A stretch of 64,000 bases of DNA from Oligoflexia bacterium (GTDB taxonomy: Bacteria > Bdellovibrionota > UBA1018 > CAIPTA01 > JAALKR01), in assembly GCA_011087955.1 (NCBI GenBank), contig JAALKR010000009.1, forward strand, positions 2,239-66,238, written 5' to 3'. The notes beneath the pieces are model-generated. The model saw only the letters and a program-made list of their open reading frames with translations, did not search any database and was not told the DNA's origin. Below, in pieces: positions 1 through 9,228 of the stretch; position 1 is the first letter of the stretch; each line of letters opens with the position of its first letter. The position numbers and the translations under genes were made by a program.

Positions 1-1
1 A

Positions 2-883
2 GTGACCAGTGCGGATGCAGAAAACCAAACTGCGTTTCAGGAGTTTTGGTTCTATTTTTCACAGAATAAAGGCGCTGTATTTGGCCTGACGATGGTTTCC
101 TTTTTCCTTGTCTTGGCGGCATTTGCACCATGGATTGCTCCCCACGATCCAACTAAAATTTTTGAAGGTTTTTATCGGCTGCCACCAGTTTGGGCAGAGG
201 GTGGGAATTCTCGTTTTCTACTCGGTACGGACGATGTTGGTAGAGATTTACTTTCTCGTTTGGTTTATGGTGCACGCATTTCTATGAGTATTGGTGTTCT
301 CGTCGTTTTATTTTCTTTATCGGTGGGCACCGGATTGGGCCTATGGGCCGGCTTTAAGGGCGGAATGATAGATACTGTAATTATGCGAGTGGTAGACATC
401 CTGATGTCACTGCCTAGCATTCTGCTTGCCATTGTTGTCGTGTCTGTGCTTGGTCCTAGCTTGTTTAATGCGATTATTGCTGTTTCGATGGTGTCTTGTC
501 CTGCCTTTATTCGTTTAGTGCGTGCTAGTGCTCTCGGCGAAAAAGATAAGCAATATGTGATGGCCTCCCGATCATTTGGAGCTTCTGGATGGTGGATTGC
601 GGTTGTGAATATTCTTCCCAACTGTATGGCTCCGATTATTATTCAGGGAACCTTAGGCTTTTCGGAAGGAATTCTTTCGGCTGCCGGGCTTGGATTTTTG
701 GGGTTAGGAGCTCAGCCGCCAACAGCCGAGTGGGGCACGATGCTTTCCGATGGAAGAAGCTTTATAGAGAGCTCCCCCTGGCTTGTGACTTTACCAGGAC
801 TTTGTATTTTCTTTGTAGTGCTTGGGTTTAATTTATTTGGTGATGGGCTTCGTGATGCGTTTGATCCGAAACTAAAAAAATAG
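2..883 (+). CDS. dppC: Dipeptide/oligopeptide ABC transporter permease (DppC/OppC family)
   Basis: The 293-aa ORF is colinear with E. coli DppC ('LLGTDDVGRDLLSRLVYGAR', 'MRVVDILMSLPSILLAIVVV', 'PPTAEWGTMLSDGR', C-terminal 'FGDGLRDAFDPKLK') and has multiple TM segments. The putative GTG start at nt 2 touches the window edge, so the true start may lie upstream. Confidence 0.85.
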   Translation: MTSADAENQTAFQEFWFYFSQNKGAVFGLTMVSFFLVLAAFAPWIAPHDPTKIFEGFYRLPPVWAEGGNSRFLLGTDDVGRDLLSRLVYGARISMSIGVLVVLFSLSVGTGLGLWAGFKGGMIDTVIMRVVDILMSLPSILLAIVVVSVLGPSLFNAIIAVSMVSCPAFIRLVRASALGEKDKQYVMASRSFGASGWWIAVVNILPNCMAPIIIQGTLGFSEGILSAAGLGFLGLGAQPPTAEWGTMLSDGRSFIESSPWLVTLPGLCIFFVVLGFNLFGDGLRDAFDPKLKK

Positions 884-891
884 GTGCGTTT

Positions 892-1929
892 ATGAGCTTA
901 TTAGACGTTCAAAATTTGAGTGTAGTCTTTGATTCTCGTCGAGGAGATTTAAAGGCGGTGGATCGGATTAATTTTTCTCTAAGCCCAGGGGAATCGCTTG
1001 GTATTGTTGGAGAGTCCGGTTCTGGGAAATCTGTAACCAGTCTGGCTTTAATGGGGCTATTACCAAATACAGCAAAAATTTTCGCAGACAAATTGAAGTT
1101 TAATGGGAAGGACGTTTTGCGCATGAATGACCAAACTCGCCAGGAGATGCGTGGTTCGGACATTGCAATGATTTTCCAAGACCCAATGACGAGTTTGAAT
1201 CCCTGTTTTACGGTAGAGTTTCAATTAATGGAAACGATACGCGTGCATCGAGGAGGCACGAAAAAAGAAAATCGTAAGCGTGTGCTCGAACTCTTAGAGC
1301 AAGTCGGAATTCCGGATCCCAAAGCACGATTAAAAAACTTTCCACACCAATTGTCAGGAGGGATGAGCCAGCGAGTGATGATTGCGATGGCAGTTGCTTG
1401 CGAGCCCAAACTATTGATTGCAGACGAACCAACGACCGCGTTGGATGTGACAATTCAGGCACAGATTTTACGACTATTGCAAAAATTACGGAAAGAACGC
1501 AGGATGAGTTTGATATTGATCACGCACGATATTGGCGTTGTCTCTCAGCATTCGGAACGCATCCTAGTGATGTATGCCGGGCAGGGTGTGGAGTTTGGTA
1601 AAACCAGAGATGTAATTTGCAATCCACGTCACCCATACACAAAGGCGCTTTTGGAGAGTTTGCCCGGCGAAGGTCATGGCTTTCGCGAGAACTTACCGAC
1701 GATTCCTGGGATTGTGCCTGATCTTGCAAATAGGCCGAACGCGTGCCAATTACATCCGCGCTGTTCCTATGCGGAGGGAAAATGTGCAGACGTTGAACCA
1801 AATTCTGAATGGGCCGCGGACAAATCCAATATGGTGAAGTGTTGGAAACCATTGGCTAGAGGAGACTCAGCTGGAGGAGGTTCAGCTGGTAGAGGTTCAA
1901 TCATAGGAGATTCCTATGAGAACTCGTAG
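892..1929 (+). CDS. dppD: Dipeptide/oligopeptide ABC transporter ATP-binding protein (DppD/OppD family)
   Basis: Walker A 'GESGSGKS', ABC signature 'LSGGMSQR', Walker B 'LLIADEPTTALD' and oligopeptide-type C-terminal motif 'PRHPYTKALL'. The gene starts 8 nt after the dppC stop. A Gly/Ser-rich C-terminal tail is partly encoded by a 15-bp tandem duplication (1867-1896). Confidence 0.9.
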   Translation: MSLLDVQNLSVVFDSRRGDLKAVDRINFSLSPGESLGIVGESGSGKSVTSLALMGLLPNTAKIFADKLKFNGKDVLRMNDQTRQEMRGSDIAMIFQDPMTSLNPCFTVEFQLMETIRVHRGGTKKENRKRVLELLEQVGIPDPKARLKNFPHQLSGGMSQRVMIAMAVACEPKLLIADEPTTALDVTIQAQILRLLQKLRKERRMSLILITHDIGVVSQHSERILVMYAGQGVEFGKTRDVICNPRHPYTKALLESLPGEGHGFRENLPTIPGIVPDLANRPNACQLHPRCSYAEGKCADVEPNSEWAADKSNMVKCWKPLARGDSAGGGSAGRGSIIGDSYENS

Positions 1930-2926
1930 CGAAGAGAATCCTTCTGCCGCGGGTAGCAATGTTTTATCCGCAGGCAATGACGTTCTATCCGTAGATAATT
2001 TAGGGAAGCACTATGAAGTGAAGAAGCTTTTTGGAGGAGAGAAGGGCACTGTAAAAGCTTTGGATGGGGTTAGTTTTCAGCTGAAAAAAGGCGAAACGCT
2101 AGCAGTCGTGGGTGAATCTGGTTGCGGGAAGTCGACGTTGGCCAAAGCGCTGATGCAGGTTGAGTCGCCAAGTTTTGGTAAAGTTGAAATCAATGGTCAA
2201 TCGATAGCTGATATCTCTGCCCAGGAGTTTCGGCACAAGATGCAAATGGTTTTTCAGGACCCTTATTCTTCCGTCAATCCTCGGAAGAAAGTAGGGCAAA
2301 TCATTGCCGAGCCGAAGGTTGTGAATGGAGGTGGAACAGCAAAGTCTTTGCGTAGAGAAGTTCAAGATTTGATGCAAACGGTAGGGTTGCGACCGGAATA
2401 TATCGATCGCTACCCCCATATGTTTAGTGGTGGGCAAAGGCAGCGTATTGGGCTCGCGCGAGCTCTTATGATGCGCCCAGAAATTTTGATTTGTGACGAG
2501 CCAGTTTCAGCGCTTGATATTTCGATTCAGGCTCAAGTAATTAATCTCTTGATGGAGTTACAAAACAAGTTTTCCCTTTCTTATATTTTTATTACCCATG
2601 ACCTATCCGTGGTTCGACATTTGGCGGACTCGGTAATGGTAATGTATTTAGGGAAAGTCGTGGAATATGGGCCGCGAGGCTCTATATTCGCAGATCCACA
2701 GCACCCCTACACCAAAGCACTTTTATCCTCGACGCCAACAGTGTACGACACTGAGGCACAGGAAGAGATTATTTTACAGGGTGAGTTGCCATCGCCACTC
2801 GAGCCCCCGAGCGGCTGCGCCTTTCATAAACGCTGCCCATGGGCAAAAGACAATTGTAAAACGGATGTTCCGAGTTTGGATATGATTGGAGACAGGGTGG
2901 TTGCTTGTCTTTATGTCAAAGATTAG
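1916..2926 (+). CDS. dppF: Dipeptide/oligopeptide ABC transporter ATP-binding protein (DppF/OppF family)
   Basis: Walker A 'GESGCGKST', signature 'FSGGQRQRI', Walker B 'ILICDEPVSALD' and 'PQHPYTKALL'. It overlaps the dppD 3' end by 14 nt. Confidence 0.9.
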   Translation: MRTRSEENPSAAGSNVLSAGNDVLSVDNLGKHYEVKKLFGGEKGTVKALDGVSFQLKKGETLAVVGESGCGKSTLAKALMQVESPSFGKVEINGQSIADISAQEFRHKMQMVFQDPYSSVNPRKKVGQIIAEPKVVNGGGTAKSLRREVQDLMQTVGLRPEYIDRYPHMFSGGQRQRIGLARALMMRPEILICDEPVSALDISIQAQVINLLMELQNKFSLSYIFITHDLSVVRHLADSVMVMYLGKVVEYGPRGSIFADPQHPYTKALLSSTPTVYDTEAQEEIILQGELPSPLEPPSGCAFHKRCPWAKDNCKTDVPSLDMIGDRVVACLYVKD

Positions 2927-2941
2927 TTTAAAATAGTAGGT

Positions 2942-3592
2942 ATGTCGAGAGCACAAACTTGGATGTCAAGAAAACAGATTTGGATTGCTTGGGTCGTTTT
3001 TATTGTTTTTGTCCTAGCCCTTTCTATTTTTTACTCTTTTCGGACTGTCACTGTCTCAAATAGCCCTCCAGCTGGGCCGAAAAAACTCCTAGCCATCGGG
3101 GATGAGTATATTTTGGGGAGAGGCGCCAGCCAGACGGAGAATTCTATGGCCCATTTAGTAGCAAAGAAGCTCGGTTGGGAAATAGATGTTGTTGCTAAGG
3201 AAAAAATAAGCTCAATAGATATTCGAGACATTTTGATAGCCAATCAGGTTTTTGAAAAACGTTACGGAATCGCATTGGTAGTTGTAGGACGAAATGACGA
3301 ATATTTTAATTTGCCGAATGAGACATCTTTGAATCGTATGGAATTTATATTTGGCAGCTTGCTCTCTGTTGGAACAATGGTTGTATATGCTTCAGTTGAG
3401 TTGGAGCCGAGCAATTGGCGAGCATCGATGGTAAAAGCTCTAGCTAGAAATATGGGAGTATTAGTCCTAGATGATATTGTGGAGACTTTGCAGAAGAACG
3501 GCAACCTATTAACGGAAGATAGTTACCCCAACGACGCGGGCCACGCATTCTTGGCCGACCTAATATATAAGGACATAGAGTCTAATCTATAA
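2942..3592 (+). CDS. Membrane-anchored SGNH/GDSL-like hydrolase-fold protein (nucleophile Ser replaced by Glu)
   Basis: An N-terminal TM segment is followed by SGNH-like blocks: block I 'LAIGDEYILG' (GDE where GDS is expected), block III 'VVVGRNDE', block V 'NDAGHAF' (DxxH). The assignment rests on motif pattern only. Confidence 0.45.
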   Translation: MSRAQTWMSRKQIWIAWVVFIVFVLALSIFYSFRTVTVSNSPPAGPKKLLAIGDEYILGRGASQTENSMAHLVAKKLGWEIDVVAKEKISSIDIRDILIANQVFEKRYGIALVVVGRNDEYFNLPNETSLNRMEFIFGSLLSVGTMVVYASVELEPSNWRASMVKALARNMGVLVLDDIVETLQKNGNLLTEDSYPNDAGHAFLADLIYKDIESNL

Positions 3593-3686
3593 GGATATAC
3601 AAGCTAAATCAGTTAGTAATTTAACCACTGCTTGACTTGCTGCGCAGCATATGGTCTACGTCGCTCGTGCCTAGAGGGTATGTCTT

Positions 3687-5282
3687 ATGAGAAAACAAGC
3701 AAACCAAATCTGTATCTATACCTGTTTCTTGGCGACTACACTTTTTTGCAGTTCCTTTATTCAGTCTGCATGGGGGAGTGGATGGAGTAGTGGCGATAGT
3801 AATCGTCGTCTCTATACAACTTTTGAGTGCCCGGCGATGCATCCAGAATATGTGCGTTTGATGGGTCAGATTCGGGGGCTCAAGCAAAAGGTCGAAGAGA
3901 AAGCTGAATGTGGCACTCTGCGTAGCCAGGTCGATTCTCTGGCCGATTATGTTGGAACGAATCGAGCTTCCTTCGTAGCTGAAGTCACAAAGAAGAGTGA
4001 TAGGATGCTGACCGTAGAGGAAAGTAGACGCTTGCAGAGTTATGCCAATGAAGCTTCCAAACGAGCCCTGTTTCTTATCGATCTTTTGAACGGAGATGAT
4101 GGTTGTGTCGAAGAAGAAACAAAAGGACAGCTGCTCTCACGAACATCGTCGATAGTTTATGAGGCTGGTAATCTCTTATCTTCAGTCGCGGGTCCTTATG
4201 GAGTACCAATCGCAATGACGAGCTCTGTAATTTCAGGCGTATTAAAGGGTGTATTCTACTTCTATGAAAACCAAAGTGGATTCGACTTTGATGAGTTTGA
4301 ACAACGACAATTTTATGCTGAATCTGTCTGTCAGTTTTACCGATTCCAACAGGAAGCAGAGGAATTGGTTAACCCAGTGGCCACGCTAGGAGGACTGCAA
4401 AAACTTAAAGACCACCTTGTAACTAAATTAAACGAACTAACGAGCAATTGTACAGAGTGCGCTGAAATGATGATCTATTATGCAGACGATTACAATCGCC
4501 AGGACGAAGATGTTTTTAATCAGAGGGTTGAGGAGTTTAGGGTTTCTGCAAATAAACTTTATGTGAAGCCACTAGGTAATGTCACTTTACAAACTCTTCG
4601 CACGATGGACTGGATCCAAGAACAAATGAGTAAGTACCAAACAATCCTTTCTCAAGAGCGAGCTAGTCAAGGGCTCAGAGAGTTGATGCGTGAGAGTCTG
4701 CAAATGAGCTCCTTTTTATTTGAAGAGTGGGCCCCAGATTTTTTGCGCTGGCACTTTCGTAGTGCTCATAAAGAATATCGTGAATTTCAGGTCTATGTGC
4801 ATCGCTGGAGCACAGAAGTTTGGATGGATGTGATAAATAATAAGAAAATTGTTGAAAATGGCTTACGAAGAGTGCCGTCTATGCCTCTGATATACCGGAC
4901 TCGAGATAATTTAGATTTTATAAAAGCTAATCAGAATGAGCTAGAAAAACAGTTTAGAGTACGTTCGAAGTGGCGCAAACAAGGGCAGTTAGTGCAGCTG
5001 TCTTTGCTTTCCATGCAAGTGCTGGAAGAGTATTGCGGCTTTTTCCAGTTAATTATGGAATATAACAACCTGTTAGCGACGCAGTGCGAATCACGTGGAG
5101 TGAAACGCTTGAAGGAGCAGCTCGCAATATTTTCACCAAGCAGCCCACCCCCACTCCCCCTCTTTTTTTCGCCGCTTTTGTTGGGGGGCGAGCGCTCATG
5201 GCAGTCGGCGATGGATGACGTGATTTCCCGTTGGGATTCTGGTTCAGAAAAATTTGCTATCAAGGACAGACAATCGTTATGA
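3687..5282 (+). CDS. Hypothetical secreted protein (531 aa, helical, no family recognised)
   Basis: Long ORF with an N-terminal hydrophobic signal-like segment 'ICIYTCFLATTLFCSSFIQSAWG' and a Pro-rich segment 'SSPPPLPLFFSP' near the C terminus. Confidence 0.6.
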   Translation: MRKQANQICIYTCFLATTLFCSSFIQSAWGSGWSSGDSNRRLYTTFECPAMHPEYVRLMGQIRGLKQKVEEKAECGTLRSQVDSLADYVGTNRASFVAEVTKKSDRMLTVEESRRLQSYANEASKRALFLIDLLNGDDGCVEEETKGQLLSRTSSIVYEAGNLLSSVAGPYGVPIAMTSSVISGVLKGVFYFYENQSGFDFDEFEQRQFYAESVCQFYRFQQEAEELVNPVATLGGLQKLKDHLVTKLNELTSNCTECAEMMIYYADDYNRQDEDVFNQRVEEFRVSANKLYVKPLGNVTLQTLRTMDWIQEQMSKYQTILSQERASQGLRELMRESLQMSSFLFEEWAPDFLRWHFRSAHKEYREFQVYVHRWSTEVWMDVINNKKIVENGLRRVPSMPLIYRTRDNLDFIKANQNELEKQFRVRSKWRKQGQLVQLSLLSMQVLEEYCGFFQLIMEYNNLLATQCESRGVKRLKEQLAIFSPSSPPPLPLFFSPLLLGGERSWQSAMDDVISRWDSGSEKFAIKDRQSL

Positions 5283-5298
5283 TGCACGTCTAAATTTA

Positions 5299-5820
5299 TT
5301 AGTGCGATGCAGAATTAACCATGCGCTTATTGAGTAGATGCGGCGGCTTTACTTTTTTATCAGAAAAGTAGTGCAGCGGAACCACAAGCATCCCGAAATT
5401 ATGAGCCCCTTCTTTCGTCTCCACCAAGTGGTGGTGAACGTGCGCTATAACAAGTGCCCGCGTATACCAATTCCTTGCTTTCATAAATTTTAAGCGGCGA
5501 TGAATAATGACTTCGTGGATAGTGAAATAAACAACGCCATAAGCAAGGATGCCATAGCCCACAGTTGCAAAAGTGAAAGACAACCAATAAGTACCAAATA
5601 AAATCAAGAAAAAAGAGGGGACGGCAAAAAAGAAGGCAAAGAAATCATTGTACTGCCACTTGCGAGTTCTATTCTCAATATGATGGTCTTCATGCAGTAC
5701 CCACAAAAACCCATGCATTACATATTTATGGAGCGCCCAAGCAGCCCATTCCATCCATATGAAGGTGAATAAGAAAACACCCACATTTAACCAAAAATTT
5801 TCTAACCAAAAATCCGACAT
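5299..5820 (-). CDS. Beta-carotene hydroxylase-like (CrtZ / fatty-acid hydroxylase superfamily) membrane protein
   Basis: Colinear with Pantoea CrtZ: 'MEWAAWALHKYVMHG', His boxes 'HEDHH', 'HEVIIHRR', 'HVHHH', and 'EGAHNFGML'. The start overlaps the upstream gene by 19 nt. Confidence 0.75.
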   Translation of the reverse strand: MSDFWLENFWLNVGVFLFTFIWMEWAAWALHKYVMHGFLWVLHEDHHIENRTRKWQYNDFFAFFFAVPSFFLILFGTYWLSFTFATVGYGILAYGVVYFTIHEVIIHRRLKFMKARNWYTRALVIAHVHHHLVETKEGAHNFGMLVVPLHYFSDKKVKPPHLLNKRMVNSASH

Positions 5821-7751
5821 GATTTTCTCTTAGTTAGCACAGCTTTAGTCTTAGAACGGTAAATAATTGCTGATCCATCGAAGCAGCGCCGAATTTTTTG
5901 CCGTATCACAGCAAATTGTTTGCTGCGTAATGACGCATTTGGAATTTCTTTTTGCTTAATCACAATATTATCCACCACCACAATGGCATTCTTCTCGATT
6001 TTTAGGTCGCGACTTATATCAGCCCATTGGCTTTTGATTTCGCAAGACAGGGTATCTTTCTTGCCAACAATATCGACGTTGCGAATACGAATGCGGCGGC
6101 GGTAGGAAATCGGTTGCCCAAGGAACAAATTCGAAACGCGATTTTTTGTTTTCGCTAGCATGGTTTTGACAAACCAGTTTGAGGTTAAAGGAAACGCGGG
6201 ACCAGCGGAAGTGCGAAACTCCGCATCTTTTTCCGTATAGATGAATCGAATATTTAGGTCTTTCACGATTCTAGAACTCAAATCATAATCTCCCACCTTC
6301 CAAGATTCCATCCGTCCTGGTTGGCCAAGAGTAGAAATGATTCGATAGTCAATACTCTTCTTGGAAGAATTCAAAGTAGCACCCGTATATGGAATTGCAG
6401 CTCTTCCGGAATAGCCAAGACTGCCGCTGACTTGATAGCTATGTGCTTTGGGATCGATGGTAACGATCGTATCAGCCTCAATTTTTGAATCGGTCGGAGT
6501 AGCTTTTGGGGTCCGTACTAAACGAACTTTCGCTGGATCTATTACAAGTGATGGTCGATCAATAATGTCCTCATATATCCCTTCAGAAAAGGAAGCGAGG
6601 TTTGTTGGGTCTAGCCAGTAATCTTTGTCTCCATCATTGGCCCAAACCACAGCGTGATTAAATGCGGCGACTCGTGGGAGCTTTGTTGGCGAGTGGGTTG
6701 GATTCCAGTCGCGATAGATAAAGCCCACACTTGCTTTATAACCAAGTTGGCGAAGAAGTGCAGAAACCAAAGCCGACATATCTTTACAGTCACCGAAGCC
6801 AGTCTTCGCAATAGTTGTAAGTGGGCGTGGCACGTGTCCACCATTAATTGGACGCCAGTCGCCTAAATAATGAATTTTCTCCGAAATCATCGAGGTGACA
6901 TGATTAACTTGCTCTGGTCCTTTTTTCATTTTCTTGGCAGTCGTTAGAATTGAAGAAAATATCTTTGGAATAGGAGAGGAAATAATATTTTCATAAGTGC
7001 TCACCACAGGCGCGACCATGGATTCCCAGTGACTTGTCGAGGCTATATCAACCCAAGGATAAAAACTACCATCTACAGAAGCCAGTTCTTCGTCAACAAT
7101 TCTACGATAGATTGGCCTGCGCAATTCAATTTTGTAATTGTAGATGTCTTTGCGCTTCCACTTGGAAAGTAAAACGTAATTACCAGGATCATGTTTCGCA
7201 ACAATAAGTTTCATTTTTGATTTAATGTGGATTGAGTTTTTTTTGTCATAACGGTTGTTTCCAAATACGAATGTATTCGAGTAAAATCCCGCAAAGGGCA
7301 CTTGATTAGTGTTGATTCGATATTTGAGCCGAATACGAGAGCCAATATCCACCTTGGGAAAGGCTATTAGCACTTGGCGTATTTCATCAAAACCTTTGCC
7401 CGTACTAGCTAATGGCTTGTCTTGAATATATTTCTGCTCAACTGGAATCTTTTTTCCTCCATTTATTGTATTTGCTTCAATCACTGTAAAAGTAGAAGTA
7501 TTGGAATTGTACCCGGTGCGAAATGAGCCAGCGGAACGTCGTGCTGATTCCTTAAGAACTTCATCTTCAAACTCGTGGATATAGGAAAACGTGCCGTCTG
7601 CATTGACTTCAATTTCCATCTTGTTAATGTGGCGGATAAACGAAGCATCTTCTTTGGAAGCCCAGCGGGCATCGGCCAGATTGGCGCAAAGCAATAATGT
7701 CAATGTCATAGCTGCGATGGATGCTATTCTTCCGATCCAAAAGTGCCGCAT
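5802..7751 (-). CDS. Secreted DUF3857-type / transglutaminase-like cysteine protease-fold protein
   Basis: Signal peptide 'AAMTLTLLLCANLADA'. Transglutaminase core triad context: 'GFGDCKDMSALVSALLRQLG' (Cys), 'FNHAVVW' (His), 'DYWLDPT' (Asp). Confidence 0.8.
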   Translation of the reverse strand: MRHFWIGRIASIAAMTLTLLLCANLADARWASKEDASFIRHINKMEIEVNADGTFSYIHEFEDEVLKESARRSAGSFRTGYNSNTSTFTVIEANTINGGKKIPVEQKYIQDKPLASTGKGFDEIRQVLIAFPKVDIGSRIRLKYRINTNQVPFAGFYSNTFVFGNNRYDKKNSIHIKSKMKLIVAKHDPGNYVLLSKWKRKDIYNYKIELRRPIYRRIVDEELASVDGSFYPWVDIASTSHWESMVAPVVSTYENIISSPIPKIFSSILTTAKKMKKGPEQVNHVTSMISEKIHYLGDWRPINGGHVPRPLTTIAKTGFGDCKDMSALVSALLRQLGYKASVGFIYRDWNPTHSPTKLPRVAAFNHAVVWANDGDKDYWLDPTNLASFSEGIYEDIIDRPSLVIDPAKVRLVRTPKATPTDSKIEADTIVTIDPKAHSYQVSGSLGYSGRAAIPYTGATLNSSKKSIDYRIISTLGQPGRMESWKVGDYDLSSRIVKDLNIRFIYTEKDAEFRTSAGPAFPLTSNWFVKTMLAKTKNRVSNLFLGQPISYRRRIRIRNVDIVGKKDTLSCEIKSQWADISRDLKIEKNAIVVVDNIVIKQKEIPNASLRSKQFAVIRQKIRRCFDGSAIIYRSKTKAVLTKRKSCRIFG

Positions 7752-7894
7752 AAAACCTTCTTTCTGCTGATCCAGCCTACATTTGAGCTTGTTGTATTTC
7801 TAGACCGAACCCGTTACATTCTATCGGAAAATTTGAATGCGGCATTAAGGGCATTAAGTGAGACAAAAAATAAAATACACGGTAGTAGTTTGTT

Positions 7895-9211
7895 ATGGGT
7901 GATCTCTTTCTTAATAGTTCAAATTCTCAGTCTGTGGCGGGCATTGGAGCCCGGAGTTCTAAGGCCGGAGTTGAAAAACATGTGCCACTAGCCGAACGAA
8001 TGCGTCCTCAGAAGTTGGAAGAGGTTGCCGGGCAAGTGCATCTAGTGGGTGAAGGGAAGCCTCTCACACAGCTGAATGGAAAGCTACCGAGTATTATTCT
8101 TTGGGGGCCGCCGGGAACGGGTAAAACCACGTTGGCGAGACTGCTTGCTGAGGGAAAAAGGTTTCGGCAGATTTCAGCCGTTCTTTCAGGAGTAAAAGAC
8201 CTTCGTGAAATAGTTGCGGCAGAAAAATTTTCTGCTCAGTCCGTTATTCTGTTTGTAGATGAAATTCATCGCTGGAATAAAGCACAACAAGATGCCTTGT
8301 TGCCACATGTCGAAGACGGAACGATTACTCTAATTGGAGCGACGACAGAGAATCCTTCCTTTTCTCTGATTGCACCCTTAATGAGTCGTTGTAAATTATT
8401 TGTTTTACGCGCGCTGGATAACAAAGCAATTCACACTATCATGGAGCGAGCTTTACGAGATAAGGAGCGAGGACTTGGTCAGAAGAATTGTTCGGTAGAA
8501 GAGTCTGCTTGGGAAGCCTTGCTGGCAATTGCCGATGGTGATGCTCGTCGCGGCCTCAATACTCTTGAAGTCGTGGCTAGTTTGAGTAATTCCATTACGG
8601 AAAACTTAGTTCGAAAAGTGTATGAACGGAAAACTTTGCGCTATGATCGCGTCGGCGACCAACACTACGATATAATTTCTGCGTTCATTAAAAGCATGCG
8701 AGGCTCAGACCCGGATGCGGCTCTATACTATTTTGCGAGAATGTTTGAGTCAGGGGAAGACCCACGATTTCTGGCTCGACGGATGATGATTTTTGCTTCG
8801 GAAGATATTGGTAATGCAGATCCGAGAGCCTTACAAATCGCTGTTTCGGCTGCCGAAGCCTTCGAGCGAATAGGGCCTGCAGAAGGTTGGGTTCCTCTAG
8901 CCCAAGCGGTAACTTATTTGGCGACGGCACCAAAGAGTAATGCTTCGTATTCCGGATATAAATCTGCTAAAGATGCCGTCGATAAATTTGGTGATCTGGA
9001 AGTGCCTTTGCACTTGAGAAATGCAGCGACGAAGATCATGAAAGAGCTAGATTACGGGAAGGGCTATGAATATGCTCATAACGTGAAGGGTGGTGTGGTC
9101 TCGCATGAGCATTTGCCTGCAGAGATTGTCGGAACACGATTCTACCGCCCAACCAAGCGAGGGTACGAACAGCGAATTCGTGAGCGCATGGACTGGTTGC
9201 GGGGGCTATAA
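7895..9211 (+). CDS. rarA: Replication-associated recombination protein A (RarA/MgsA AAA+ ATPase)
   Basis: Walker A 'GPPGTGKTTLA', Walker B/sensor region 'LFVDEIHRWNKAQQDALLPHVEDG', and MgsA C-terminal domain 'HYDIISAFIKSMRGSDPDAALYY' and 'EDIGNADPRAL'. Confidence 0.93.
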   Translation: MGDLFLNSSNSQSVAGIGARSSKAGVEKHVPLAERMRPQKLEEVAGQVHLVGEGKPLTQLNGKLPSIILWGPPGTGKTTLARLLAEGKRFRQISAVLSGVKDLREIVAAEKFSAQSVILFVDEIHRWNKAQQDALLPHVEDGTITLIGATTENPSFSLIAPLMSRCKLFVLRALDNKAIHTIMERALRDKERGLGQKNCSVEESAWEALLAIADGDARRGLNTLEVVASLSNSITENLVRKVYERKTLRYDRVGDQHYDIISAFIKSMRGSDPDAALYYFARMFESGEDPRFLARRMMIFASEDIGNADPRALQIAVSAAEAFERIGPAEGWVPLAQAVTYLATAPKSNASYSGYKSAKDAVDKFGDLEVPLHLRNAATKIMKELDYGKGYEYAHNVKGGVVSHEHLPAEIVGTRFYRPTKRGYEQRIRERMDWLRGL

Positions 9212-9228
9212 AATTATACATTGAGCAC

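Noticed and set aside
1867-1896. 15-bp imperfect tandem duplication (TCAGCTGGAGGAGGT / TCAGCTGGTAGAGGT) at the dppD 3' end
   Set aside because: It explains the Gly/Ser-rich tail 'SAGGGSAGRGS' and is likely a neutral slippage event in a non-conserved C-terminal extension.
3638-3649. 12-bp perfect palindrome TGCTGCGCAGCA between the SGNH-like gene and the 531-aa secreted protein gene
   Set aside because: It is too short, and loop-less, to be a convincing terminator, and it is not followed by a T-run. An operator role cannot be supported from the sequence alone.
7841-7858. Perfect tandem 9-bp duplication GGCATTAAG-GGCATTAAG upstream of rarA
   Set aside because: It is real in the sequence but tiny. 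It is most simply a replication-slippage duplication, with nothing to tie it to a function.
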